A stretch of 64,000 nucleotides of DNA. It comes from Mobula hypostoma. Its lineage: Eukaryota. Below, piece by piece: positions 1-13,063 of this stretch. Below the pieces are notes generated by a model that did no database searches, had not been told where the DNA came from, and saw nothing but the letters and a program-made list of their open reading frames with translations. Location of the stretch: positions 107,882,001 to 107,946,000 of the forward strand of contig NC_086097.1 in the NCBI RefSeq assembly GCF_963921235.1, given 5' to 3'. The position numbers and the translations under genes were made by a program. The stretch's first letter is position 1; every line of letters begins with the position of its first letter.

Positions 1-205
1 CCTTGCCTGCTGAGTTCCTCCAGCATTTTGTGTGTTGCTCAAGATCAGAGAGGTTATGTATACAACACTGGTTAGATCATAGCTTGAATATTGTGTAAAG
101 TACATCAGAGGAAAGATGTAATTGAACAAAAGATGACGCAGATATTTACAAAGGTGTTGCTAGTATGGAAATATAGTAGCCATGAAGTGAGGTCAGAAAG
201 CTCAA

Positions 206-463
206 ACACGAGGAATTCTGCAGATGCTGGAAATTCAAGCAACACACATCAAAGTTGCTGGTGAACGCAGCAGGCCAGGCAGCATCTCTAGGAAGAGGTA
301 CAGTCGACATTTTGGGCCGAGACCCTTCGTCAGGACTAACTGAAAGAAGAGTGAGTAAGAGATCTCTTACTAACTCTTCCTTCAGTTAGTCCTGACGAAG
401 GGTCTCGGCCCGAAACGTCGACTGTACCTCTTCTTAGAGATGCTGCCTGGCCTGCTGCGTTCA
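206..463. mobile_element. Palindromic Penelope-like (PLE) pseudo-LTR insertion
   Basis: Arms of about 105 bp (258-362 / 363-467) form an inverted repeat with no spacer. 13-bp direct repeat TCAGAAAGCTCAA at 193-205 and 464-476. Same sequence family as the PLE ends at 15794-16590. Confidence 0.85.
388..423 (+). ncRNA. Minimal type I hammerhead ribozyme (PLE-associated)
   Basis: AGTC-CTGACGA-AGGGTCTCGGCCC-GAAACGTC-GACT. Has the CUGANGA and GAAA core, helix I AGTC/GACT, a short helix II, a palindromic CG helix III and a GUC cleavage triplet. Confidence 0.75.
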
Positions 464-589
464 TCAGAAAGCTCAAGTTGTTTTCCTTTGAAAGGGAAGG
501 CAGACAAAAGACTAAAGTGTGATACATAAAGGCATGTTTGGCAGGAGTATGGTAACCAGAAAGTGGAGGGATGGAGAGGAAGGTAGATG

Positions 590-3380
590 TCATAGCCAGT
601 AAAAACAGGCAGGAACAAAATATTAGATATAATAGGACAGATAGTTTGAAATGTGTATATTTTAATGCTAGGTGTAAAATGGATAAAGGTGATGATCTTA
701 GAACATGGATCAGTACATGGAACTATGATGTGTAGCCATTCCAGAGACTTGTTTGAGAGGGGAACACAAAGAGGTGCTTAATGCCCCAGGGTTTCGATGT
801 TTCAGTAAAGATAAAGGGAGAAATGGGGGGGGGGGGGAGAGAGTTACACTACCAATTTGGGACAATATCATAGCTGCACTCCCTGGGGAAATAATGGAGG
901 GCTCATCACTGAGTCTATATGGGTAAAAATAGGAAGGGTGCAATCACTCTGATGGGACTGTAATACTGACCCCATGAGTCGCCAGGACATTTAGGAACAG
1001 ACATGCAGGTAGATTAAGGAAAGGTGTAAAATCAATAGGGTTGTTGTCATGGGGGACTTCAACTTTCCTAATAGAAACTGGGACCTTCTTAGTACAAGAG
1101 GTTTAGATTGAGCAGAATTGGTTAGGTGCATCCAGGAGGGTTACTTAAATCAATATGTGGATAGTCTAACAGGAGGAGGGGCTGGGTAATGAGCCTGGCC
1201 AGGTGATTGGGTGAGTAGTTAGGGAATAGTCAGCAAAGCTCCTTAAGCATTAGGATAGCTATAGATGAGGATAAGTATGGACCTGGCAGGAGAGTTTTTA
1301 AATTGGAGCAGGGCAAATTATGAGAGCATCAGGTGCGAACTAGGAGAGTTATTTGGAAACAAGTATTTTTGTGCAAGTCCACATCTGCCATGTGTTGGAT
1401 GTTTAAAGACCAACTGCACAGAGTACAGGACAGGTACATTCCAGTCAGAAGGAAGGACAAGGATGGCAAGGTCAGAGAACCTTGGATGTTGAGAGAGGTG
1501 AAGAATTTAGTTAATTTAATTAAGTTTAGGAAGCTAGAATCAAACAAAGCCCTTGAGCATTATCAAGATTGCCAGAAAAGAACTCAAGAAGGGAATTAGG
1601 AAAGCCAAAAAGGGCCATGAAAGGTCCTTGGCGGGTAAGATTAAAGGGAATCCCAGGGTGTTCTATACATACATCAAGAGCAAGAGGATAACTGTGGAGA
1701 GGATATGACCACTCAACGATTAAAGGGGGAACTCAGTGCAGAGGGTATGGGTTAATAAGACGTGACCTGCCCAAACAAACCCATGCTAGCTCATCAGTAT
1801 TTCCCAAAGAGGAGAACATGAAATATGGGGAGATCAATGCTGGGTGTAATGATATGTCAGGGCATTTTGAAGTAAAGGAGGAGATAGTGTTGGATCTCTT
1901 AGAGAGCATTAAGTTGGATAAGACCCCAGGGCCTGATGGGATATACCCCCGGTTATTGAGAGAGACAAGTGAAGAGATTCTTGGGGCTTAACCTATATCT
2001 TCGTGTCCTCTCTAGCCACAGGTGAGGTCCTGAAGAATTGGTGAGTATCTAATGTTGTTCCACTATTCACCAAAGACACCAGGGAACTATAGACCGATGA
2101 GCCTCAAGTCAGTGGTAGGGAAATTACTGGAGAGAATTCTTAAGGATAGCACTTAAAAGCATTTGGACCTAATTAGGGAGAGCCAGCATAGCTTTGTTCG
2201 GGTCAAATCAAGTCTGGCTTGAGCTTTTTAATGCTGTGATGAGGGTGAATATTCAGCTGTGGATGTTGTCTATATGGATTTTAGTAAGGTGTTTGACAAG
2301 GACCCTCATGGGAGTCTCATCCAGAAGATTAAGATGCATGAGATCTGTAGCAATTTAGCAGTTTAGATTCAGAACTGGCTTGCCATAGAAGGTAGAGGGA
2401 CGAGCTGGAGGTCTGTGATTAGTGGTGTTCCACAGGGATCTGCGTTTATGATATAAATGACCAGGATGAAAATATAGATGGGTGGGTTGGTAGGTTCGCA
2501 GATGATATGAAGATTGGTGGTGTTGTGGATAACATAGAAGATTGGCAAAAAGTACAGTGCAATATGAACCAACTGCAGGTATGTGCAGAGAAATAGCAGA
2601 TGGAGTTTACTTGGCCAAAGGTGAAGTGTTGCACATGGGCAGGTCAAATGTAAAGAGGCAGTACACTGTTAAGAGCAAGACCATAACAGTGGCGATGAGC
2701 AGAGAGATCTTGGGGTCCACATTCAATATCCCTGAAAGTGTCTACACAGGTTGAAAGGGTGGCCAAGAAGGCATAAGGTATGTGTTCTAAAGTCAGAAAG
2801 TTAAATTGAAGCTTTATAAATCTCTGGTTAGACCTCACCTGGAGTATTGCATGCAGTTCTGGTCACCCCATTAAAAGAAGGATGTCAAGGCTTTAGAGAG
2901 GGTGCAGAAGAGGTTTACCAGGATGCTGCCTGGATTAGAAGGCATGTGCTATAACAAGAAGTTAGACAAACTTGGGTTGTTGTCTCTCTAGCGGCGAAGG
3001 CTGAGGGGAGAACTGATAGAGGTTTATAAGATTATGAGAGTCATAGATAAGAGTAAACAGACAGTAACTTTTTCCCAGGGTTAAAATGTCTAATATCAGA
3101 GGGCATGCATTTAAAGTGAGAGGAAGTAATTTCAATGGAGATGTGAGGGGGAAGTTTTTTTTTATAAAGAGAGTGATGGTTGCCCGGAACGTGTGGCCTT
3201 GGGTGGTGGTAAAGGCAGATATATTAGATACTTACCACATTTAGATAGGCACATGAATGTGAGGAAAATGGAAGGATATGGACATTGTGTGGACAGAAAA
3301 GATCAGTTTAGTTGGCCATTTGGTAACTAATTTAATTGGCCGAAGAGTCTGTTCCTGTGGTGTACTGTTCTATGTTCTAG
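590..3380 (+). mobile_element. Degenerate 5'-truncated CR1 LINE (ORF2 EN+RT to 3' end)
   Basis: Fragmented motifs YFNAR, GDFNFP, PGPDG, MDFSKVFDK, FADD, RPHLEYC. 3' tail gttctatgttcta. Many stops and frameshifts. Confidence 0.85.
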
Positions 3381-5134
3381 GCTCATGAATATAGGGTTGA
3401 CCCATTGATCAGCAAAAGAATGAGCATGGGTGTGATACAATATGATGCAGTTACCCATTTCCCTTTGAAGCTGAGATCAGAGCCTGAGATGTAGATTTTA
3501 AGAAAATGCTAAAATGATTAGCAAGCAAATGAGAGTAAATAAAAAATCATCAGGGGGACTGGAACTCACTACCTGGACAGATGATAGAAGTAGTAAAGCA
3601 ATGAGCTGTAGGACTAGAGATCATGATCTGGAAGGTGGGATACACTGGCCAGGTAGTTTTTGACTGGTACAGACTTACAAATACTGCCAAATATTACAAA
3701 TTTTCTATGATTCTACAGAAATACTGGTATAGAAGCCTGATACATCAAAGCCAAAAGTTCAAAGTAAATTTATTATATAAGTACTTATATCTCACCATAT
3801 ATGACCCTGAGATTCATTTTCCTATGGGCATACTATGGAATAGTAACCATGACAAGGTCAACAAAAGAGTACAGAAGACAACAAACAGTGCAAATACAAA
3901 TTATAAATGCATAGCGAAAAATAACAAGAATGTGAGATAATGAGATAAAAAGTCCTTATTGGTTGTGGGAACATTTCAATGATGAGGCAAGTGAGTGTAA
4001 TTATTCCCTTTTATTTAAGAGGTTGTTAGTTGAGGGGTAGTAACTGTCCTTGAACTTGGTGATGTGAGTCCTGAGGCTCACATCATGAAGTCAATTATTT
4101 TTGAATGAATTCAAAGCAAACAAGAGATTGGCTAGTCAACAAGAACAGTCAAATCAAGTTAAATGTTTTGCTGCTGGTTATTTCTAACCCGGATGTCCAG
4201 ACATGGATGGTTAAGAATTTTCAGTTATAAAGCCTCATCAATGTAGGCTTGCAAAGGCTCTGTGCATGACTAATTGGCTGTGGGTCAACAAACAAGCTAC
4301 TTGAGGACATCAGCAAGTCAGGCAACATTTATGGAGGTAAATGCACTGTCGATGTTTTAAGACAAGAGCCGATGAGTTGACTGATGAGTTCGTCCATCAT
4401 CAGGGATCCTCACCACTCAGGCCATGCTCTCTTCTCGCTGCTGCCATCAGGTAGAAGGTACAAGAGCCTCAGGACTCACACCAAGAACAGTTACTACCCC
4501 ACAACCATCAGGCTCTTGAACAAAAGGGGATAACTCCTCTCACTTGCCCATCATTGGATGTTCCCAGAACCACTGATCTCACTTTAAGGACTCTTTATCT
4601 CATGTTTTTCTTATATATTGCGATATATTTATATTTTGCATTTGCACAGTTTAGAGTCTTCTGCACTCTGGTTGATCTTTCATTGATCCTGTTACAGTTA
4701 TAATTCTATCAAATTGCTGAGAATGCCCACAGGAAAATGTATCTCAGAGTTGTATATGGTGACATGTATGTACTCTGATAATAAAACTTACTTAGAATTT
4801 TTGAACTTTTCACAGCATCTGTGTTGCTCCAGATTCCAGCATCTGCAGTTTTAGCTGTCGGTCAGCCTTCCATTAAAGAATGAGTCAGGGGACACACTGG
4901 AAGAAACAGCAAGATCCCATTACTGTGATCATCCGAAAAGCAGGACCAGAAACATGCAGACTAAGAGACATTCCTAGTCATATGTTTGCTTAATGCAACA
5001 AATGTGTGCTTAGTTTGCAGTTTTCAATGATACTTTCTAAATGAGTGAGTATCATGAAGAGAAGTAAAATTTAAAAGTAGTGGAATGGCCAAAAGCGTCT
5101 TTGCAAAAAGTAGTTAACCTGTTGAGAAAGGTAT

Positions 5135-6256
5135 TTATTTATTTATTGTGGTACAGCATGGAATAGGCCCTTCAGGCCGTTTGAGCAGCATCCTAGCCTA
5201 ATCACGGGACAACTTACAATGACCAATTAAACCACCAACCGGTATGGCTTTGGACTGTGGTAGGAAACTGGAGCACCCGGAAGAAACCCACATGGTCACG
5301 GGGATAATGCACACACTCCTTAAGGCAGCAGTGGTAATTTAACCTGGGTTGCTGGTACTGTAAAGCTTCGTGCTGTGACGAGAATACACATAAAATTAAG
5401 ATGTTTGCTGGCCTGAGTTAGTATCAGTGACATCAGCAAGTGGTCTGCCACCTGCCCTCAGGGGAAGGAGAGATAAGGAACAATGGAGCAGCGTCTGGAG
5501 ATGTGTAATGAAGGGACGGGGGAGAGAGAGCTGTCTGGAGCGGCTCCCCCCTTTGAACCCTGAACTGTTTGAAATGATGGACAGGCAATACCCCAGCAGG
5601 GGGATAAAAAGGGACCGGTTTGCTAAGGCGACACACACGCCACCCGAGGTAACGAGACCCTGGAAGCGGTACGCTTCTCACGAGTCGGTGGGAAGTACCA
5701 GACAACGGCCAGGGTGGAAAGGTACGATCAGCGGGAACCCGGTGTGTGTCCGCCCTTGCCTGGGTGCCGGGTTCACTGCAGAGGATCGACCGCATCTGGA
5801 GGAGGGGTCACAGTCGGTGACCTCAGGTGACATCACCAAGGACCCGCCAAAAAGTTGCTTGTGAGCCATCTCGCCGGTCAGTGAGTGAAGCCGTGTATGA
5901 ATAGTTGTTCCTGTTCTCTCTCTCTTCCCCCACGTTGTCCATTGCCATGGCAACGATTACTGCGAACTGAACTACTAAACTGGACTGAACTTTGAGTCAC
6001 TTTGAAATTTGGTCATTTACCCCTAGACAACGATAGAGCTTGATTGATGCTGTTATCTTAATTCTGTGCACGTGTGTTTATCATCGCTGAACTGTTGCAT
6101 TTATTATCCTTTCGATTACTGTGTTGCTTGTTTCTTTAATAAAACTTTCTTAGTTCTAGTACTCCAGACTCCAACTGAGTGATCCATTTCTGCTGGTTTG
6201 GCAACCCAGTTACGGGGTACGTAACAGTGCTAACCACTACTCTACCGCACTGCCCC
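5135..6256 (-). mobile_element. HE1/V-SINE-like tRNA-derived SINE, split by a solo LTR
   Basis: Reverse complement of the V-SINE core (gggtttcttccgggtgctccagtttcctaccacagtccaaag) at about 5245-5290. The tRNA-like head continues at 6231-6256 after the LTR. Confidence 0.7.
5374..6226 (+). mobile_element. Solo LTR (Gypsy- or ERV-type), 853 bp
   Basis: Termini TGTGACG...CGTAACA. 4-bp TSD GTGC (5370-5373, 6227-6230). TATA-like gataaaaa near 5604. AATAAA at 6138-6143. Confidence 0.88.
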
Positions 6257-6478
6257 ACAAGTCATGAGAGCACACTGGACCAAACATGATCTTTTCCTAA
6301 TGCGGAGCTGCAATCCTTTCCTAAACTGGGGCAAACATTTGAGATCTTGATACTTTGCCACTTCTCTATGGGGAAAACAAATTGATTTTAATAAAACTCC
6401 AGAAGAAAACACTAGAACTTCACAATACAATTTCCAGGTGGAGGTATGCAGCATCACTGAATTAAATATTTTGAAATA

Positions 6479-6492
6479 CCACCAGAGGGCAG
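6479..6492 (+). promoter_or_regulatory. Candidate CTCF-binding motif
   Basis: CCACCAGAGGGCAG fits the consensus CCASYAGRKGGCRS and lies in non-repeat intronic DNA. Motif match only. Confidence 0.35.
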
Positions 6493-9400
6493 TATTTTCT
6501 ATACATTTGACCCAGAAACCATACAAATTCGAAATAAAGTAGCAGAAATAGAGGAAGCCTCAACTTTTATAGATAAGTCCTCAATGAGAATTAATGTGGC
6601 AAAATTAATGTGTTATTAGCTTAGATTATTGCCTGTAAATGTTTTTTGTTCCACTTTTGTTGTGCCTACAACCATCAGGCTCCTGAACCAGCGCGGATAA
6701 CTTCACTTGCCTTACAAATTCCACAACCTACAGACTCATCTTCAAGGATGCTACAACTCATGTTCCCAGTATCATTTTTTTATTTTTGTACAATTCTTTT
6801 GCACATTGTCAGTCTTTGCCATGTAGAGTTTTTAATAAATTACATTTTATTTCTTTATTTTCCTGTAAATGCCTGCAAGAAAACGAATCTCAAGGAGGTT
6901 TTGGTGACATATACGTAATTTGACAATAAATTTATTTTGAACACCACAATGCACTGATATACTAAATCAGGCCCCACTACAGAAATTCAGTTTTTAGCCC
7001 CTAATCACTGAGCAGGGGTGCGCCACAGCTTTGAACATGGAAAACCAATGGCAGCTTCAAATCTTATATAGCTGTAACGAATTTGTTGCACAACAACCAA
7101 AGCGGGATTTCAGTCCTGAACAGCACTTCTGTGTAAGTCAGAAAGGAGAGAAATGAAGGCTGGAGAAGAAAGACCTGGAAACACCCTCTGGAATCTTCTA
7201 CTTGAGTGCCTTAGTGACAGCCCAGTTTACAAAGAGTTAAAATTGGCATGTCACAAAGGTAATTCTGTGGTTGTTATGGGGGATTTCAACATGCTGAATG
7301 GCCTACTCCTGTACCTATTGTCTATAATGGAAAACCAGGACCTCAACTAGACACATAAACAAGCTCTACATTATAATGAAATAGTAATCATTCAAACCGG
7401 CTGTTACAGAGATAATCACTCTCCCAGCTCCCCAACCCACCCCGACAGACAGACACACATACACACACACACACATCTGCACATGCACTCCAAGTTATAG
7501 AAAGGAAGTTACAGGAGGAAGACCTTCTCATGCACAGAGCCTCATCAGGTTGGAGAAGATCATCCTCCTCTTCTCTGGAAGGAGAACACTAATCTAAAAC
7601 AAGGCCCAGAGCAAAAGCTGAATAATCTATCTCATATGAATGGCAAAAATATTTCCCCTCATTAATCCATCCCCCAATATTGCTCAAATGTAAATATTAC
7701 CACATGTGCTGCTCCTATCCTTCAGAGGTCACAGCTTGAGTCAAAACAAATCTTACGTTTTGCAAAATCAGATAAAACAAGTGCAAGAGAAAACGCTTAA
7801 CCCATACACAAGTACTTGGAAGCAATTTGTTAAAACATTTCAAATAAAGCTACTACTTTAAATTATACCATATCAGCTGTCCCTGGGTTATGAACACCCA
7901 ACATCTGGGTGTCCCTACAAACTCCCATAACATTATTACATTCAGAATGTAAATACTTCATTCCTACAAACAGCACATCTGGTTTCTTCTCTCTCTCTCT
8001 CCCTACATTTACTAATAGTTCTTTCCTATCAGCCTTGTCATTCTTGGGGTGGCATTCATTACAATACTGTGGAGATATTGTTTCCATATCAAGTGCTTTT
8101 TATATATTTTCTAACTTGTGGACAAACATGAGTGATGGCTGTTTGTACGATCGAAACTCATTCATTACCTACAAATACCTGTATTTTATATCTGAGAACA
8201 AGACTACATCATGTGCAAATCCTGTCTATATTATGAAGATTATGGTGATCAACACTTGCCTGTTGATGGAAACAGCAAGGCTACAGTCACCATAATATCC
8301 TATGAAGGTGACCCTCATACAGTTCTGCTGAAGAGCAGATGAACTTACACCACAATGGACTGTCTCTGATTGTGTCTTTATTTAGTATAACCTTTTATCT
8401 TCACCGTCTTGGATAATTTATATACTGTGTGTTATCTACATGTCTGTAATGCTGCTGCAAACACGTTTTCCATTGTACCTGTACCTCACTGTATTTATGC
8501 ACATTACAATAAACTCAAATTGACTTTTGTTCATTGAAAATATGTGGCAACTTGGGGGTATCAGAAAGGTCCTACTGGACTGGCAGATGAGAGACTGATA
8601 GTTCATACAACCTGTCCTCGGTCACAGCAACGTGGGTTCAGTTCTTCCATTGTTGGTAAGGAGTTTGTACGTTCTCCCTGTGAGCACATGGGTTTCCTCT
8701 GGGTGTTCCAGTTTTCTGCCACATTCCAAAGGCATATGATTTAGTAGTTTAATAATTTAGTAGTTAAAGGGCCTGGTACTGTGACGTATATCTAAATAAA
8801 TAGAAGTATAAAAATATAAAGCCTGTGACAGATGCTTTGAAATATGGAGTACCACACTGTGCAACTGAAGATAAAAACAAAAAAACTAACACCGTTCCTA
8901 TACTGACCTTGAAATTCAGCCGAACCCAAGTATGACCACTTAATGCCAGTTGAAAGTTGCTCCAAAAACCCCTCCTCTGTATGAATGCTCCATACAGTCT
9001 TGATATACAGCTTTTTAAAGGAGGGATGTCTATGAGGGGGCTAAAGGCTGTGAACAAGACTTTGGGATCATCTCTCCAGTGCACTGCATGTTACAGTCTG
9101 CTTCAGCAATGTGTGGTTTTCAAAGTCGAATACACAGATCGGCTGCTGAGAGTAGAAAGCTGACTCTTTCTCCAGAGATCTGTACTAACTGAATGATTAT
9201 TTGGTTGGACAGATTGTGAATTGATTATGCTGGTCAGGAGACAGTGTGCTTCTAAGAAACGTCAAATGGAATAATAATTTCAACAATGATGTCCTTAGAC
9301 AAAGTGAGCTCAAAGAGGGTTCTCTCATTGATAGGTAAGCGTGACCATGATTATCTTGGAATTTTAAACCTTCATTGTGGTACGTTATCCTCTTCATGTC

Positions 9401-10161
9401 AGCCTAGAACACTGTGATCTTACTTTCCCTCAGGTATTTGTGTTACATGTGACTGCCACTGATGTAGTTCTGTTGGTCTTCTCTGAGGATCGTCACTTTG
9501 TCTTATGAGTCCTTGAGATCCCAAGAGAATGCCACCCGGAACATCGCTCCTGGAAGGGTCACATATGGTGGTAAGGTCAAGGGGGACATTTCAGACAAAG
9601 AGCCACTCAACGATGGAGCTGGCAGAAGATGATGATGGATCACAACAGCAGTAAAGGTGAAGGAAAGCTGCAGCAGGGAAGGATCCCCAGTCACCTTGCA
9701 TTTCATGACACAACCCTGATCCCAATCTGTCACAAACCGTGTGGCGGCTGCCTGGGCATCAGCCTCCTCACAGTCATTCTCCATAGGAGAACAACCCCTT
9801 AGGAGAGCATCACACTCGACTCCAGTGATCACACTACCACTAGTTCCATAGACAATTTTCAGTCATTTTACTACTGATGATACGGCAAAGTAGATCTCAA
9901 GAAAGCTTAAAAAGAGTTCATAGGGTAAGATTCCAAGTGATGTTCTGAGAATGAATTCCTTCATGTGGTTAGGGCAATGCAGATAGACTGTTAAGCAGAT
10001 CTACCAAAAATGAAGGAGTGAAATATAGGAAATATAGTAGTGAACATGAAAAATTCCTCCTGTTGTCAACAATTACTGGATGTGTGCTCTTATTATTGAC
10101 ATGTAGAGGCTTTAAATCAAGGATTTTTCAAGGCGATGCACATGGCTGTATGTTTAGATGT

Positions 10162-10547
10162 CATAGAAACCATAGAAAAACTATAGCACAGAAACAGGCC
10201 CTTTGGCCCTTCTTGGCTGTGCCGAACCATTTTCTGCCTAGTCCCACTGACCTGCAGACGGACCATATCCCTCCATACACCTCCCATCCATGTATCTGTC
10301 CAATTTATTCTTAAATGTTAAAAAAGAACCCGCATTTACCACCTTGTCTGGCAGCTCATTCCATACTCCCACCACTCTGTGTGAAGAAGCCCCCCTAATG
10401 TTCCCTTTAAACTTTTCCCCCCTCACCCTTAACCCATGTCCTCTGGTTTTTTTCTCCCCTTGCCTCAGTGGAAAAAGCCTGCTTGCATTCACTCTATCTA
10501 TACCCATCATAATTTTATATACCTCTATCAAATCTCCCCTCATTCTT
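10162..10547 (-). mobile_element. CR1 3'-end fragment, same subfamily as the CR1 ending at 51620
   Basis: RMRGDLIEVYKIMMGIDRV...KLDRYMDG is nearly identical to 51240-51620. Tail tttctatggtttctatg. Confidence 0.9.
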
Positions 10548-11426
10548 CCACGCAAAAAAATTATTTTTAAAAAACTAATTTCACCAGAGTGTCCATCTTG
10601 CATTTCTCATGTCACTGATTGTTAGTGATTAACCTAAATTAATGAATACAAAACAAAATCAAAGCAACAGTCCTGAGCATGCATCAAATCGAGATCTTCA
10701 GCAGCTCTGAGCCTGAAAGATCAGGCTTCAGGTTGCACTAGCCTGATGTGGGTCTGGGCAGGCTGAAGCAGTGGCAGTGATTGTGGCCGTCTGAGGGAAT
10801 CACTTCTGTTCCACCAAGTCATTTATACGTTGTGCAGTGCCTCAGCATTCAAAATATTCCATCAGAGGTCAGAGTTCTGGAGTACAATACCTCAGAAACC
10901 TTAAAACACTGCTAACCTTGTATTTTGAGCTTCTAATTACAACATGTGGACATTGGACAAATTCTGCTTGAGACAATGCAATAGATGGATGGTTGAAAAA
11001 GAACTAGCTATCAATTCTGTACTAAGAAGAATGGGCTCTAGGATCCACAGAAGAGCCATCTACTTTACATTTCACGTGGGCTTTCTAGCATACACACCAA
11101 TGTAATGGATATCATATTGTTTAAGGAAATCATCTTTCTGCCATTTGGAAGTCTATCTACATCTTCTGGAGATCCTATGTGTGACGCTGCCCAGCAGAGG
11201 GCTGGAAGGGCTACCCTTTCCTGTTTCCCCCGCTCTGCAAGGCAGGCTATTCACACATGGTGAGTCCAAATGGAAGTCCTGTCTCCAGGCTGTCCTCTAC
11301 ACAATGCAAAGTGTCAGAAGAAGAGGTGGTGGCTGTAGGAGTAAACTCAAATAACAGGATGTATTCATTATTGCTTCTGTTAATCACTTTCAGGTCAAGT
11401 GACCTCTGTCTAGAGGTAATAAGGTA

Positions 11427-11950
11427 CCGCACTGTGCAAAAGTCTTGGGCACATATATAGCTAGAGCTTCCCTAAAACCTTTGCACAGTACTGAATTTGT
11501 CAACATAGAGCAGAGAGCAAGTTTGAGAGTCTGGCAGAAGCAAAGGAAGTTGGGATGGTGAGGATGAAGTGCTGCAGGTGGGTGTGGGACAGCTGGCAGA
11601 GAAGAAGTGCTGGGAAGGGGGGTGGTGCTGAGTATAGACACCCCTGGCCCTGAGACAACAGGCAAGGTCATTTGATTCCAAATGATCGGTTTACTCATCA
11701 TTACAGAATGTCTCTCTGGTGCTTCCCAATCCCTTCCCCTTTTCTCAACCATGATTCCCTTCTCCCTGCCTCCTTCCCACTCTCAGTCCACAATAGAGAC
11801 CCATATCAGAATCATCACTCACGTATGTCATGAATTTTTTAAATTTTTGTGGCAGCAGTACAGTGCAATATATAAAATTACTACAGTACTGTGCAAAAGT
11901 CTTAGGCACCCTAGCTATATATATGTGCCCAAGACTTTTGTACACTACAG
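11427..11950. mobile_element. Tc1/mariner-type non-autonomous element with ~70-bp hairpin TIRs
   Basis: 11427-11493 and 11884-11950 are inverted copies of each other (core ACTGTGCAAAAGTCTT(A/G)GGCAC). TA flanks both ends. Confidence 0.7.
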
Positions 11951-12199
11951 TAATAGGATGGGGGAAGAGCATTAGAGGGGCATGTTTATACTGTCTGCAG
12001 ATTGTAATGAGAGGAAAAATTGAGATGATTGGGGTAGGTAGGAGGGGGACTTCCGGTAGAGCTCATGGAGTGAAGTCGTGTTCTTGACTCGCTCCATTAC
12101 CTCTGAGTTTTTCTTCTTATGATCAGCTATATTTTAATTAACCATTAAGGCATCGACTTTTACAATATTTTGAAATAAACTGGGCTCTTTGATAATCGG

Positions 12200-13063
12200 A
12201 TGCTTTTAAGGTCTGCTATGTCTAAGAATGGGAAAAACGGGAAGGACGGCAAACCTCCGGTTAGACCGAAAGGTACTGATTTTCCTCCGACTGAACCACC
12301 GGTGACTTTGAAAGCTATATCGGATCTAATTCAAAGGGAAATTTCAACCTCTATTACGGAGCTGATTCGTGCGGAAATTTCAATTAATTTCCAGAAAATT
12401 GCCGATTCAATCGTTAAGATACAAACATCTATTACGGAACATCAGTCGGCTATATCTGATCTTCAAAAATCCACGCAACAAAATGAACTCAAGATGGAGA
12501 AAATCGAAGAAACAATTAATGTAATGAAGAGGAAACTTGACTTTCTGACCTTTAAAAACTCTGACTTAGAATCCAGAATGCGACGGAAGAATCTTCGAAT
12601 GATTGGGGTGCGTGAAGCTGTTGAATCTGATAACCCTATGAAGTATTTTTCTCAACTTTTAAAAGATGCATTTCCTACTGTATTTCATGACCAACCACCG
12701 TTACTGGATCGTGTTCACAGAGTTCCATCATACTCGTCCAAGTCAGATAAACCTTGACATGTCATCTTACGTTTTCATTACTTTCAAGACAAGGAGAAAC
12801 TGTTTCGATTCGTTCGATCTAAAGGTTACATTGATTTTTTGGATCTTAAGTTCCGATTCGTGGAGGATTTCAATAAACCAATTCGGGATCAACGGGTTCG
12901 TTACAGATCTGTGATGTTGGAACTCTACAAGATGGATTTAAAACCAGTGCTGCTTTACCCAGCACGTCTAAGGATTCGTACGTTGGATGGAGCCCTCCTT
13001 TTTTTTGAATCTCCATCGGATGCCCAGAGTTATCTGGATCAATTTTCACCTTCAACATCTTAA
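12200..13063 (+). pseudogene. L1-A ORF1p (coiled coil, RRM, CTD) with one in-frame nonsense codon
   Basis: Motifs ESRMRRKNLRMIGV, DRVHRV and LYPARLRI. ORFs 12200-12757 and 12839-13063 share one frame, broken only by TGA at 12755-12757 (probably CGA>TGA). Confidence 0.9.

Noticed and set aside
5396..5953. Overlapping 80-145 aa ORFs
   Set aside because: GC-rich LTR sequence with no recognisable protein motifs.
8764..9084. Possible next host exon (minus-strand donor-like aag|gtcagt near 8905)
   Set aside because: No convincing acceptor or hydrolase-like translation. I found no further exon between 1 and 22448.
9480..9835. Possible RTE-derived non-autonomous repeat (similar impression at about 27477-27720 and 62370-62480)
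   Set aside because: The resemblance is from general appearance only. I could not define boundaries, a TSD or coding motifs.
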